Source: Gammaproteobacteria bacterium | GTDB taxonomy: Bacteria > Pseudomonadota > Gammaproteobacteria > Eutrophobiales > Eutrophobiaceae | Direction of reading: 5' to 3' | Assembly: GCA_965221695.1 (NCBI GenBank) | Contig: OZ244905.1 | Location: 1,344,001 to 1,408,000, forward strand | Length of the DNA stretch: 64,000 nt | Part shown: positions 1 through 8,904 of the stretch, piece after piece | How the letters are laid out: every line of letters starts with the position of its first letter | Numbering within the stretch: the first letter of the stretch is position 1 | Translations under genes and position numbers: made by a program | The notes under the pieces: generated by a model | Databases searched by the model: none | What the model saw: only the letters and a program-made list of their open reading frames with translations | Told to the model about the DNA's origin: nothing

Positions 1-1167
1 CGCCGGTTGAAATCCCAGATAACCAAGCAGCGGCAGGGCGATGCCGACACCGCCCGCAAATGCGACTTTCACCATAAAATTATAAATTGCCATATATATT
101 GCCGCGTCATCACTACCCCCTTTCATCATTCCATATTCAATCGTGTCCGCAACCAAAGCCGGCGGCATCACCCAGATCACTGAGATAACCGGTCCATGTA
201 CGAGGGCAACCAATAGTAACTGTGAGAAGTCACCCGGGGTTATCAGCAGATACAGGGGTTGGACTGCCAGGTAGCCAAAACCTCCCCAGATCAGAGCGCG
301 ATGGCGGCCAAAGCGGTTACCGAACCTCACCCATAACGGCAGGCAAACAATACCGATCACATATTGTATGAGCACGAATTTTAAAAAAGCCGCTCGTGGC
401 ATCTGCAATATATGTTCAAACGTGAATATAAGCGATGCATTCATCACACTACCGCCCAGCCAGAGAAAAAAGACAGCAATAACCAGACGAAGATACGGCT
501 TATTTCCCGACAAGAGTCTCAGAGCAGACATCAAACCGTGTTTCCCGGATTCAACAAACGGGGTTTTCGGCGTGATTGTCGTTGCGATTGACATCGCAAA
601 GGGAATTAACACCAACAGGAATGCAACGTATACCCATAATATATCCCGCAACGCCGGATTTTCCTCCCTCAGAAAAAGCACGGGAAGCAGTGTCGCCAGG
701 ATGATCCCTATCATAGTGCCCGTCTCGCGGTATCCGTTGATGCGGGTTCGCGCCGTATAATCCCGCGACAATTCAGCGCCCCAGGATAAATAGGGTATCT
801 GCACGGTAGTCCAGGCGACATAAAATACAAGCGCTACGACGAACAGGTAAGCTTTGTCGACGGCAAAGGGCGGGCTAAGAAACAGGCACACGCTGATCAT
901 CAGCAAGGGCGACCCAATGACGATCCAGGGTTTGCGACGTCCCCAGGGACCGCGGGTTTGATCGGAAAAATGGCCGATAAGAGGATCTGTTATCGCGTCC
1001 CAGGCGCGGGCAATGAAGAAAATACCGCCTACTGCGGCCAGTTCCAGCCCGAGCTCTGAAGCATAAAATGGTGGAACATAGATGATCAACGGCATACCCA
1101 GCATGGCTAACGGAACAGCCGGCAGCGCATAAGCCAACAAGGAAATTTTATCGGTAGGCGCTCTCAT
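1..1167 (-). CDS. GPH/MelB-like (MFS_2) transporter, 3' end runs off the window
   Basis: Manual translation from ATG at 1167 gives MRAPTDKISLLAYALPAVPLAMLGMPLIIYVPPFY...ARAWDAITDPLIGHFSDQTRGPWGRRKPW...IPYLSWGAELS, which are typical glycoside-pentoside-hexuronide symporter motifs. It is missing from the ORF track because its stop lies outside the window. Confidence 0.85.
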   Translation of the reverse strand, partial: MRAPTDKISLLAYALPAVPLAMLGMPLIIYVPPFYASELGLELAAVGGIFFIARAWDAITDPLIGHFSDQTRGPWGRRKPWIVIGSPLLMISVCLFLSPPFAVDKAYLFVVALVFYVAWTTVQIPYLSWGAELSRDYTARTRINGYRETGTMIGIILATLLPVLFLREENPALRDILWVYVAFLLVLIPFAMSIATTITPKTPFVESGKHGLMSALRLLSGNKPYLRLVIAVFFLWLGGSVMNASLIFTFEHILQMPRAAFLKFVLIQYVIGIVCLPLWVRFGNRFGRHRALIWGGFGYLAVQPLYLLITPGDFSQLLLVALVHGPVISVIWVMPPALVADTIEYGMMKGGSDDAAIYMAIYNFMVKVAFAGGVGIALPLLGYLGFQPA

Positions 1168-1223
1168 CAGAACCGGTGGCCGGCATTGCGCAGCAGTGCA
1201 TTAAAGTATTTCACGGAACCGGC

Positions 1224-2840
1224 TTATTTCGATATTGCAGAACGCACGAGATCAGAACCCTTCTCACCGATCATGATCACTGTGGCATTGGTGTTGCCGG
1301 TCACCAGGGTCGGCATGATGGACGCATCGATAACCCATAACCCGTCAACGCCCTTGACCTTTAAATTCTGGTCGACCACAGCTTCCGAGTCATTTCCCAT
1401 CTTGCAGGTCCCGACCGGGTGGTACATGGGAAAAGCGCTGTCTTTGACAAACTCCCTGAGCTGATTGCTTGCAAACACCTCTTCATCGGGATGCCGCCAA
1501 CGCGCCAGTTGTTTGCTGAAAGACGGCTGTTCCGTGATTTTCCTGGCTAACAGACAGGCCTCAACAAGTTGATCAATATCATCTTCAGAACTCAGCATAG
1601 GATAATGAATCCGGGGCGGATCCAATGGGTCGCGTGAGCGCACACTGATGTCGCCCCTGCTCTGTGTCCGCATCAGGCCAACAGCGCCGCCTGCAATCTT
1701 TTCCTTGCTGAGCGCGGCGCTGTTATTGCTGATCTGTATATGAAACGGCGCCATGGTAACCTGAATATTGGGCGTCCTGAATTTCTCCCGAGTGCGGACG
1801 AATGCCTGGGCATGGGCAATCGGCGTGGTCAGTAACCCCTTCCCGTTAGCCAGGAACCGGAACAACTGTGCCAGGTTATGCGCGGGACCTGCCCGGCTTC
1901 CCAGTGTCTCACCGTTGACATCAAACGAATAACGAATTCCCGTGTGTTCCTGCAGGTTTTTGCCGACTCCCGGCGCATGCGCGATAGTGGGGATACCTGC
2001 CCTGTTGAGTATCAGCCCGTCCCCGATGCCGGAGAGTTGCAGAAGTTTTGGTGTGGCAATGGCGCCGGCGCTCATAATCACGGCGGCGCGTGCGTATGCC
2101 GTATCGGACGTGGTATTGCCAACTGCGCCAGCGCGGGTAAATTCGATGCCTCCGGCCCTGTTGCCGTTAAACAGAACCCTGGTAACGAGGGTATTGAGGC
2201 GGATATGCAGGTTGCTCCGCTTGCGCACAGGCCAGAGATATGCCTGGGCGGCAGATTCGCGCCAACCCTTACGCTGGGCCACCTGGACGAAGTCCACGCC
2301 CTCATGGTTTGCTCCGTTCAGGTCGTGACTCCTGGGTATGCCGGCTTCCTGGGCGGCCCTGATCCATGCATGGGTCAGCACACTGTCAACGTTTAAATCT
2401 TCCACCGAGTGAGGTCCTTTCTCACCCCGCCATTCATCCCCGCCACGCCGGTTACATTCCAGGCGTTTGAAATACGGTAAAACCGACGCGTAATCCCAGC
2501 CTTCACAGCCCAGCTCAGCCCAGCGATCATAATCATCAGGATGCCCGCGCACGAACATCATACCGTTGATGGCGCTGCCTCCGCCCAGGCAACGCCCGCT
2601 CCACCAACTATCCACCTTCCCTGCCCGGGTCGGGTCCGGTTCGACCGCATACATCCAGTTAAGTCGGGAGTTGAAGACAGCGGCGCCGCTGGCCGCGGGA
2701 ATCCTGCTGTATGGGCGCTTGTCACTCCCCCCTGCTTCCACCAGCAGAACGGTCAGTGACGGATCTTCGGACAAACGACCTGCTGCCACACAACCGGCCG
2801 GACCGCCGCCGACCACGATTACATCATATTCACTGATCAC
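1224..2840 (-). CDS. GMC family oxidoreductase (choline/alcohol dehydrogenase-like)
   Basis: GGGPAG FAD motif, GRCLGGGSAINGM, YHPVGTCKMG and GNTNATVIMIGEK. The start is moved to GTG 2840 (AGAGGT upstream) because the 2984 start overlaps the upstream gene. Confidence 0.9.
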   Translation of the reverse strand: MISEYDVIVVGGGPAGCVAAGRLSEDPSLTVLLVEAGGSDKRPYSRIPAASGAAVFNSRLNWMYAVEPDPTRAGKVDSWWSGRCLGGGSAINGMMFVRGHPDDYDRWAELGCEGWDYASVLPYFKRLECNRRGGDEWRGEKGPHSVEDLNVDSVLTHAWIRAAQEAGIPRSHDLNGANHEGVDFVQVAQRKGWRESAAQAYLWPVRKRSNLHIRLNTLVTRVLFNGNRAGGIEFTRAGAVGNTTSDTAYARAAVIMSAGAIATPKLLQLSGIGDGLILNRAGIPTIAHAPGVGKNLQEHTGIRYSFDVNGETLGSRAGPAHNLAQLFRFLANGKGLLTTPIAHAQAFVRTREKFRTPNIQVTMAPFHIQISNNSAALSKEKIAGGAVGLMRTQSRGDISVRSRDPLDPPRIHYPMLSSEDDIDQLVEACLLARKITEQPSFSKQLARWRHPDEEVFASNQLREFVKDSAFPMYHPVGTCKMGNDSEAVVDQNLKVKGVDGLWVIDASIMPTLVTGNTNATVIMIGEKGSDLVRSAISK

Positions 2841-2907
2841 GCCACCTCTTCGCCTGGTTGGAAAAAGAAAATCGCAGGATAGCGCCTGAACCGGCCATTC
2901 ATTTTGG

Positions 2908-3396
2908 TCATGGCGAATTGCTATTGCCCATATCCAGAATGACCTTCCATGAGCCGTCGTTTTGACGTTCCCACAATAATACATATTTGCCTTGCCGTGG
3001 TTCCGTCTGGATGTCAGCGCCCCCGTCCTTGTGAATAAAACTGGCCGTAAAATTGCCGCGGGTAAGCGCCCAGTCTCCTTCCCTGGTAACAGAGTCGACG
3101 GTCACGTCCAATTGCTCAATGTCGAAACTACTGTGCACGACCTCTGCAAACTGGCGAATCGCCTGCTTGCCTTCCAGCGCAGGCAATGTGTTATGCATAC
3201 CGACCGCGCCATCGGCAAAAATTTCCATCCAGTGTTCAGTGTCGCCCGTTTTATACGGCTCGATATAACCGCTGATCACCAACTGCTCGAAATCCTGCGA
3301 GGTCATTTCATCCGCTGGCTGCCTCTCATAGTCGGCACAGCCGCTGACGGGAACCAGAAGTACCGTTAGCAGGAGCATAATGGCACAGTTATTCAT
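2908..3396 (-). CDS. NTF2-like/SnoaL/DUF4440 protein, probable lipoprotein
   Basis: Hydrophobic leader ending VSGC (lipobox-like) and C-terminal GKYVLLWERQNDGSWKVILDM, typical of DUF4440. Confidence 0.75.
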   Translation of the reverse strand: MNNCAIMLLLTVLLVPVSGCADYERQPADEMTSQDFEQLVISGYIEPYKTGDTEHWMEIFADGAVGMHNTLPALEGKQAIRQFAEVVHSSFDIEQLDVTVDSVTREGDWALTRGNFTASFIHKDGGADIQTEPRQGKYVLLWERQNDGSWKVILDMGNSNSP

Positions 3397-4940
3397 AAGC
3401 GCGCTCCGGGGTCAGTTGCCATATTTTTCAGGTATTCATTTCTTATACGTTGCTTCTTTATCTTGCCGGAATCCTCACGCGGCAGCCGGTCAACGAATAC
3501 ACAGTCTCTCGGAAGCTTGAAGTTCGCCAGCCTGGTCTTCAGGTAAGCCAAGACATCGGCGCCGGTTAACAGTCCTTTTTTCTCAATGACTGCAACAAGC
3601 TTTTCACCGTACTCCGGATCCGGGATACCGAATACGACACAATCGATAACGCTGTCCATGGCGAGCAGCTCCGTCTCAATTTCCGCCGGATAGATATTGA
3701 CACCCCCTGATATCACCATATCAGATTGACGGGAGGAAACATATAGAAAACCTGCCTCGTCCTGGTAACCGATATCCCCGGTGACCAGAAAGCCGTTTTG
3801 ATGCAAGTCCTTAACCTGCTCCTCTGCGTTAAGATAAGCAATACAGTGGATGCCCTCATGTCTGACACAGATCATTCCCTCCTCAAAGGGGCCACACCTC
3901 TTTCCTTTCTCATTGCGAATTTCAATCTCTACCCCAGGCGCCGGACGCCCGACAGTTCCTGCGCATTCCAGCCATTCAGCAGAGCTGCAGCAGGTGATTA
4001 TGCCTGTTTCCGTCATGGCGTAGTATTCATAAATCACGTTCCCCCACCAATCGATCATGCTTCTTTTAACATTCACGGGACATGGCGCTGCGCCGTGGGT
4101 GACATGGATTAAAGAATCCAGCCGGTATTTGCTGCGGATATCATCCGGCAAATCCAGCAATCTGACAAACATGGTGGGCACCAAGTGCAGGTGGGTTATT
4201 TCATAATGTTCAATCAATGACAGCAGGTCTTCGGCGCTAAAACGCGCCGTCAGGACAAGCAATCCACCGGACTGCAGGACCATATTACCGTACCCGTTCG
4301 GAGCGGAGTGGTACAGGGGTCCCGTCATCACAGAACGAATCGGGGTTCGATCGAAACCCCACGCAAACCTTGTTCTTGCGCTTACTTTAGCGCCGATTTC
4401 AGGGGTTACGTTTTTGCGCAGGACAGCTTTTGGCCTGCCACTGCTGCCCGAGGTATAAAACAAGGGAGGCCTGAATCTTTTTTCCGTGCCTGTAACCTCC
4501 TGGCTCTTTTCTATCCAGTCATCCCAATCCAGGAAACCCGGCTCCCTATGATCCCTGTCTCCCAAAATTCCGTAACTGTCCAGGATCCCGGCTGGCGTGG
4601 TTACCACAATCACTGGAACATGTCGTATTACTCCTGCTAACTCTCCGGTCAGAAGGTCGGAATGAACGATGACGACCTTTGCCTTGCAGTCGGTCAGGAT
4701 GAAATCAACCTCGGCCGGCTTTAAATGCCAGTTCACCGGAACTGCATCAAACCCAAGATAGTGCGCTGCCTCATGGATAATAAAATAAGGGATATCATTG
4801 CGCAGGATAACGGCCACGCTGTCATTCTCAAGAACTCCCAGGCGCCGCAAGCCGCCGGCAGCGCGCCTTGCTGCTGCATCAATGCCACTGAATGGGCAGG
4901 ACTGCCTGTCAAATGCAAGGATGCTCTGTTCTGCTTCCAC
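3393..4940 (-). CDS. Acyl-CoA synthetase (AMP-binding)
   Basis: YTSGSSGRPK, YYAMTETG, TGDIGY, DMVISGGVNIYPAEIE and LPREDSGKIKK motifs. Confidence 0.9.
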   Translation of the reverse strand: MEAEQSILAFDRQSCPFSGIDAAARRAAGGLRRLGVLENDSVAVILRNDIPYFIIHEAAHYLGFDAVPVNWHLKPAEVDFILTDCKAKVVIVHSDLLTGELAGVIRHVPVIVVTTPAGILDSYGILGDRDHREPGFLDWDDWIEKSQEVTGTEKRFRPPLFYTSGSSGRPKAVLRKNVTPEIGAKVSARTRFAWGFDRTPIRSVMTGPLYHSAPNGYGNMVLQSGGLLVLTARFSAEDLLSLIEHYEITHLHLVPTMFVRLLDLPDDIRSKYRLDSLIHVTHGAAPCPVNVKRSMIDWWGNVIYEYYAMTETGIITCCSSAEWLECAGTVGRPAPGVEIEIRNEKGKRCGPFEEGMICVRHEGIHCIAYLNAEEQVKDLHQNGFLVTGDIGYQDEAGFLYVSSRQSDMVISGGVNIYPAEIETELLAMDSVIDCVVFGIPDPEYGEKLVAVIEKKGLLTGADVLAYLKTRLANFKLPRDCVFVDRLPREDSGKIKKQRIRNEYLKNMATDPGARL

Positions 4941-4957
4941 TTCGGTGGGAATGCGCG

Positions 4958-5992
4958 TCAGGGGCGCGTTGGAAGAAGGCCCCGGGCCAGCCCGTCGCTG
5001 CCGCGCTTGACCAGTCCGGCAAAACCATCGACATCAATGTTCGAACCACAAATGATCGCGGCGACCCGCTTGCCTCTGAGCCGCTCTGCGAGCGGCCCGA
5101 AAACGGCAGCCGTGGTTGCTGCGCCGGCAGGCTCAACCGCCAGTTTCCCATGTTCAAACAATATGGCCGCAGCCGCCGCAAGTTCATCGTCCGTTACCAG
5201 CACAAGGCCGTCCAGTGAGCGCTCACACATTGAATAGCAGTAGTCGGTGGTAAACGGGGGAGCCAGGCTGTCGGCTATCGTAGACAGTTCAGCCAGGCTC
5301 TGCGCTGAACCTGCGGCCAGGCTTTTCTGCATCACAGCAGCGCCTTCGGGCTCAACTCCATACACCTTGCACTTTGAATTCAGCAGCTTGGTAACCACTC
5401 CGACACCAGCGCATAACCCGCCTCCTCCTATGGGCACGACTACCGCGTCCAGTCCCCCCACCGCGTCGTGCAGTTCCAGTCCGCAGGTGCCGGTCCCTTC
5501 CGCCACCCTGAAACCTTCAAACGGGTGGATAAAGGTCCTTCCTTCCTGTTCCACTATTTCCTCAACCATCCTGAAGCCGATAGGCCCATTCTCCGCGATC
5601 AGAATTTCAGCCCCGAGATTGCGAGCAATTTCGATCCTGGCGGGGTTGGCGCTGGCCTGCATAACCACTTTTGCGTTGGTGTTGACACAGCGGGCCGCAT
5701 AAGCAGCGGCAATGGCGTGGTTACCGGAACTCATTGCAGTGACACCGCGGGCCAACTGGTCATCAGACAGGCACAGCGCATTATTGACCGCGGCGCGCGC
5801 CTTGAACGTTCCGGTTCGCTGGAACAACTCCAGTTTTAAAAACAATTCCGTGTCTGCTCCCAGCCTGGAGGCGACCGTATCTCCGGACCAATGAAAGGTC
5901 GGCGTCATTCGTATATAGGGCGCCAGTCTTGCGGCAGTTAACCGAACTTCTTCCAGGGTCGGCGCCTTGTGTTCGTTCGATTTGACGTTCAT
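4958..5992 (-). CDS. PLP-dependent serine/threonine dehydratase or racemase family (fold type II, no ACT domain)
   Basis: LKLELFQRTGTFKAR (PLP lysine), SSGNHA, PIGGGGL, EPAGA and CGSNID. Confidence 0.85.
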   Translation of the reverse strand: MNVKSNEHKAPTLEEVRLTAARLAPYIRMTPTFHWSGDTVASRLGADTELFLKLELFQRTGTFKARAAVNNALCLSDDQLARGVTAMSSGNHAIAAAYAARCVNTNAKVVMQASANPARIEIARNLGAEILIAENGPIGFRMVEEIVEQEGRTFIHPFEGFRVAEGTGTCGLELHDAVGGLDAVVVPIGGGGLCAGVGVVTKLLNSKCKVYGVEPEGAAVMQKSLAAGSAQSLAELSTIADSLAPPFTTDYCYSMCERSLDGLVLVTDDELAAAAAILFEHGKLAVEPAGAATTAAVFGPLAERLRGKRVAAIICGSNIDVDGFAGLVKRGSDGLARGLLPTRP

Positions 5993-6124
5993 TGTATTAA
6001 CCCGTTAGCTGAAGTTTTCTTCTGTCAGTTATCTGAATGCTTCCTGAAATCAGAAAATATACGGCAAAACCTGTAATCGGAATTATTCAGGACAACGATT
6101 ATGCTATTGAAACCAAGCAGGTTT

Positions 6125-7171
6125 CTACATAACGGTCGGGATACGTTCCGCCCGCGCCAGTTTGGGGGTAACTCCAAAGTATTTTCTGAATGCCGTGGTA
6201 AAGTTACTCGAATACTCGTAACCCACGCTCATACTGATCTGGGTAATAGTCATTTCAGTATTGGCTAGTAAATCACAGGCTTTTTCCATGCGGGCGCGGT
6301 GCAGGTAATTATGCACCGTGGTGCCTACGGCTTGTCTGAACACCCGCATCAACTGGGTCTCATTCCAGGACAGGGTTTTAGCCAGTTCACTAATGGTAGG
6401 CGCTTCCGATAAGTCGTTTTCGAGAATTTCACATATCTCTGCAACGCGCTTGATGTCCCGCTGCCGCAACGGGGTTTCAACCGCTCCCGAACCCGGCCAC
6501 AATTTTGATAACTGGTCCAGGGTGTAACAAAGCAGTTCCAGGGTCTTGGCTTCAATATGGAGTTGTTGCAGGCGTCCCGTATAATTCGTTTCAAACAAGG
6601 ACTTCACTGCTGAGATCATTTCAGGACGCATACGGACTGCCCAGTAATACATGTCTTTCTGCTTACTGTAAAGAAAGTTCTCCAACGGGGTAGACATCAA
6701 CAGCGAGGCGCCGGAAATGATTTCTTCCAGAAACGGCGGGTCGCACAAGAGGGTTACCGACTGCTCATGTTGGCGCGCAGGAAAGCACTCGATCTTTTTC
6801 ATGCCGGACGGCTGGATCAGAACACCAAAGGTCATGGGGTCTACCGGTTCGAGTTCATCCCCCTCGGCGCCTATCTCACTGCTGCCTCTATAGCGAAAAT
6901 GGAATTTGACCACATCTCCGCTTTCACTCAGATCACTATGGGCATAATCATGCTCCACGTCGCCTATCAGGACAGCCAGGCCCTTCCTGACGATGCAGAT
7001 ATCCTTTATCCCATGGGTCTCAGGACCAGGCGTTGCCAGCCTAAGTCCAAAATCACTATCGTAGGGTTGTTTATCAAGAGGCTGATACCTGGGCGGGATG
7101 TCATTGAGCAATGCAGGCGCGTCATTTTCGCGTCTTGCCTTGACTACCGTTTCCGACTTGTTATCTGCCAT
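6125..7171 (-). CDS. AraC family transcriptional regulator (PchR-like)
   Basis: C-terminal double HTH (APTISELAK...RMEKACDLL...VGYEYSSNFTTAFRKYFGVTP). Divergent from the FAD oxidase gene. Confidence 0.9.
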   Translation of the reverse strand: MADNKSETVVKARRENDAPALLNDIPPRYQPLDKQPYDSDFGLRLATPGPETHGIKDICIVRKGLAVLIGDVEHDYAHSDLSESGDVVKFHFRYRGSSEIGAEGDELEPVDPMTFGVLIQPSGMKKIECFPARQHEQSVTLLCDPPFLEEIISGASLLMSTPLENFLYSKQKDMYYWAVRMRPEMISAVKSLFETNYTGRLQQLHIEAKTLELLCYTLDQLSKLWPGSGAVETPLRQRDIKRVAEICEILENDLSEAPTISELAKTLSWNETQLMRVFRQAVGTTVHNYLHRARMEKACDLLANTEMTITQISMSVGYEYSSNFTTAFRKYFGVTPKLARAERIPTVM

Positions 7172-7297
7172 GTCTATAACTGTTCAGGTTATGTGGCCTA
7201 CAGGTATGGATAAAATACCGGCCAGCCTGTCATTTTTCACACAAGGACCAAACTTTATTACATAATGATGTGTATTGACAGACCTGAATGTGCGGAA

Positions 7298-8797
7298 ATG
7301 AGCAAGCTAACCCAACTGAAACGAAGAGATGTTCTGCGCAGGCTTGGCGCCTTGGGCATAACAGGGGGTATAACGGGCGTTATGGGCCAACTGTATTCCG
7401 GTTCATTATTGGCGCGCGCGGGCAATACTGAAAAAGGCTTGGGCCGGTTGGTATCGGGCGAAGTCATCAACCGCGCTGATGGCCAATATGAAGCCTGGCG
7501 CAACAGCATGGTCTGGCACCTGAGAAAACCCGATCGCTACCCGGACATGATAGTCCGGGCACAGTCTGAACAGGATGTGATTGGCGCGGTGAAATACGCG
7601 ACAGACAACGGGCTCAGAGTGTCAGCGAAGAGCAGCGGCCATAATTCCACCTGCGCCGCGGTACGCGCCGGCGGTATGCTGATTGACCTGGCGCTGCTGC
7701 GTGACGTCAAAATCGATCCGGCCACCAGAACCGCGCGCATACAACCGGCGCTTTGGTCGGAACAACTTATCCGGGAAACAAGCAAACATGGCCTTGCTTT
7801 TCCAGCCGCGCATTGCCCTACGGTAGCGCTTGGTGGATACCTGCTTGGCGGCGGCGCCGGCTGGAACCATGGCCAGTGGGGAAGTATGGCCTGTTATTCG
7901 GTCATAAGCGCCGATATCATCCTGGCCGGTGGCAGAAAGGTTACCGCCAGCGCCGATTCCTATCCGGACCTGTTCTGGGCTGTGCGCGGCGCCGGGCATG
8001 GCTTTTTCGGCATCGTCACGGGGTTGGAATTACAGCTTTATCCTCTGCCGCGGAGTATATACACCAGCATGTATGTAACGCCGATCGATAAGCTGCAGAC
8101 CGTCCTCGATTCCCTGGATGAACTCAGCAATGCAAAAGATGATCGCGTTGAAATGCTTGTGCTGCTGATGCATGATCCGCAGGCGTCAGCGGATACGCGT
8201 CCGGACCAGGCCAAGATCTGCCTGGTGGGCGTGAATGCTTTTGCCGATTCCGAAGACGAAGCCACATCAATGCTGGCGCCGTTCGCAAACAGCAAACTTG
8301 CCGCCGCCAGCGCGTTCAAACTTGAGCGCCAGCCGAGTTCGTTTGCAAAGCTGTATAACCCGGATGTCATCGACACCGGCGTCGGCCGCTACATGGTTGA
8401 CAGTATCTGGACCGACGAACCGGGACCGGCCTTGTCATCCCTGGTTGAGCACTTCAAGACAACGCCGTCAGCCCGCACCCACATCTTATGTTCCTATGGG
8501 GTGAATCCCGAACTGCGCAAAGACGCTTGCTTCTCACGCGTCGCCTCGCATTTCCTGGCCAACTACATGCTCTGGGATAACGCCCAGGATGACGAGGCCA
8601 ACCATGCCTGGCTGAAACAGACCAACGACTTGCTCCAGCCGTACAGCAAGGGGACTTACATCAATGAAGTTGAAGCAACCCTGTTCCCGGAGAGGGTAAA
8701 AACCTGCTTTTCCGATGAGAGCTGGCGGCGCCTGGCCGAACTCCGAAGAAAATACGACCCAGACAACATCTTTCATACCTACCTGGGGTATTCGTAA
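7298..8797 (+). CDS. Tat-exported FAD-linked oxidase, VAO/berberine-bridge-enzyme family
   Basis: KRRDVL twin-arginine leader, SSGHN, AHCPTVALGGYLLGGG, WAVRGAG and C-terminal YINE...RRKYDPDNIF. The ORF track starts at 7265; ATG 7298 is preferred. Confidence 0.85.
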   Translation: MSKLTQLKRRDVLRRLGALGITGGITGVMGQLYSGSLLARAGNTEKGLGRLVSGEVINRADGQYEAWRNSMVWHLRKPDRYPDMIVRAQSEQDVIGAVKYATDNGLRVSAKSSGHNSTCAAVRAGGMLIDLALLRDVKIDPATRTARIQPALWSEQLIRETSKHGLAFPAAHCPTVALGGYLLGGGAGWNHGQWGSMACYSVISADIILAGGRKVTASADSYPDLFWAVRGAGHGFFGIVTGLELQLYPLPRSIYTSMYVTPIDKLQTVLDSLDELSNAKDDRVEMLVLLMHDPQASADTRPDQAKICLVGVNAFADSEDEATSMLAPFANSKLAAASAFKLERQPSSFAKLYNPDVIDTGVGRYMVDSIWTDEPGPALSSLVEHFKTTPSARTHILCSYGVNPELRKDACFSRVASHFLANYMLWDNAQDDEANHAWLKQTNDLLQPYSKGTYINEVEATLFPERVKTCFSDESWRRLAELRRKYDPDNIFHTYLGYS

Positions 8798-8807
8798 TAC
8801 GGGGGCA

Positions 8808-8901
8808 TGATACTTGGGGTCAGAGTAAAATCTTCCTCAAGAGCATTGCCAATGGCAACATAAGTAGTGATTTTACTCTCACCCCGCAGTTTCAAGTATC
8901 A
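8808..8901. repeat. REP-like inverted repeat GGGGTCAGAGTAAAATC ... GATTTTACTCTCACCCC between convergent genes (family R4)
   Basis: 17-bp arms at 8816-8832 and 8869-8885 with one mismatch, plus an outer TGATACTTG/CAAGTATCA pair. It may also act as a bidirectional terminator. Confidence 0.75.
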
Positions 8902-8904
8902 GTA

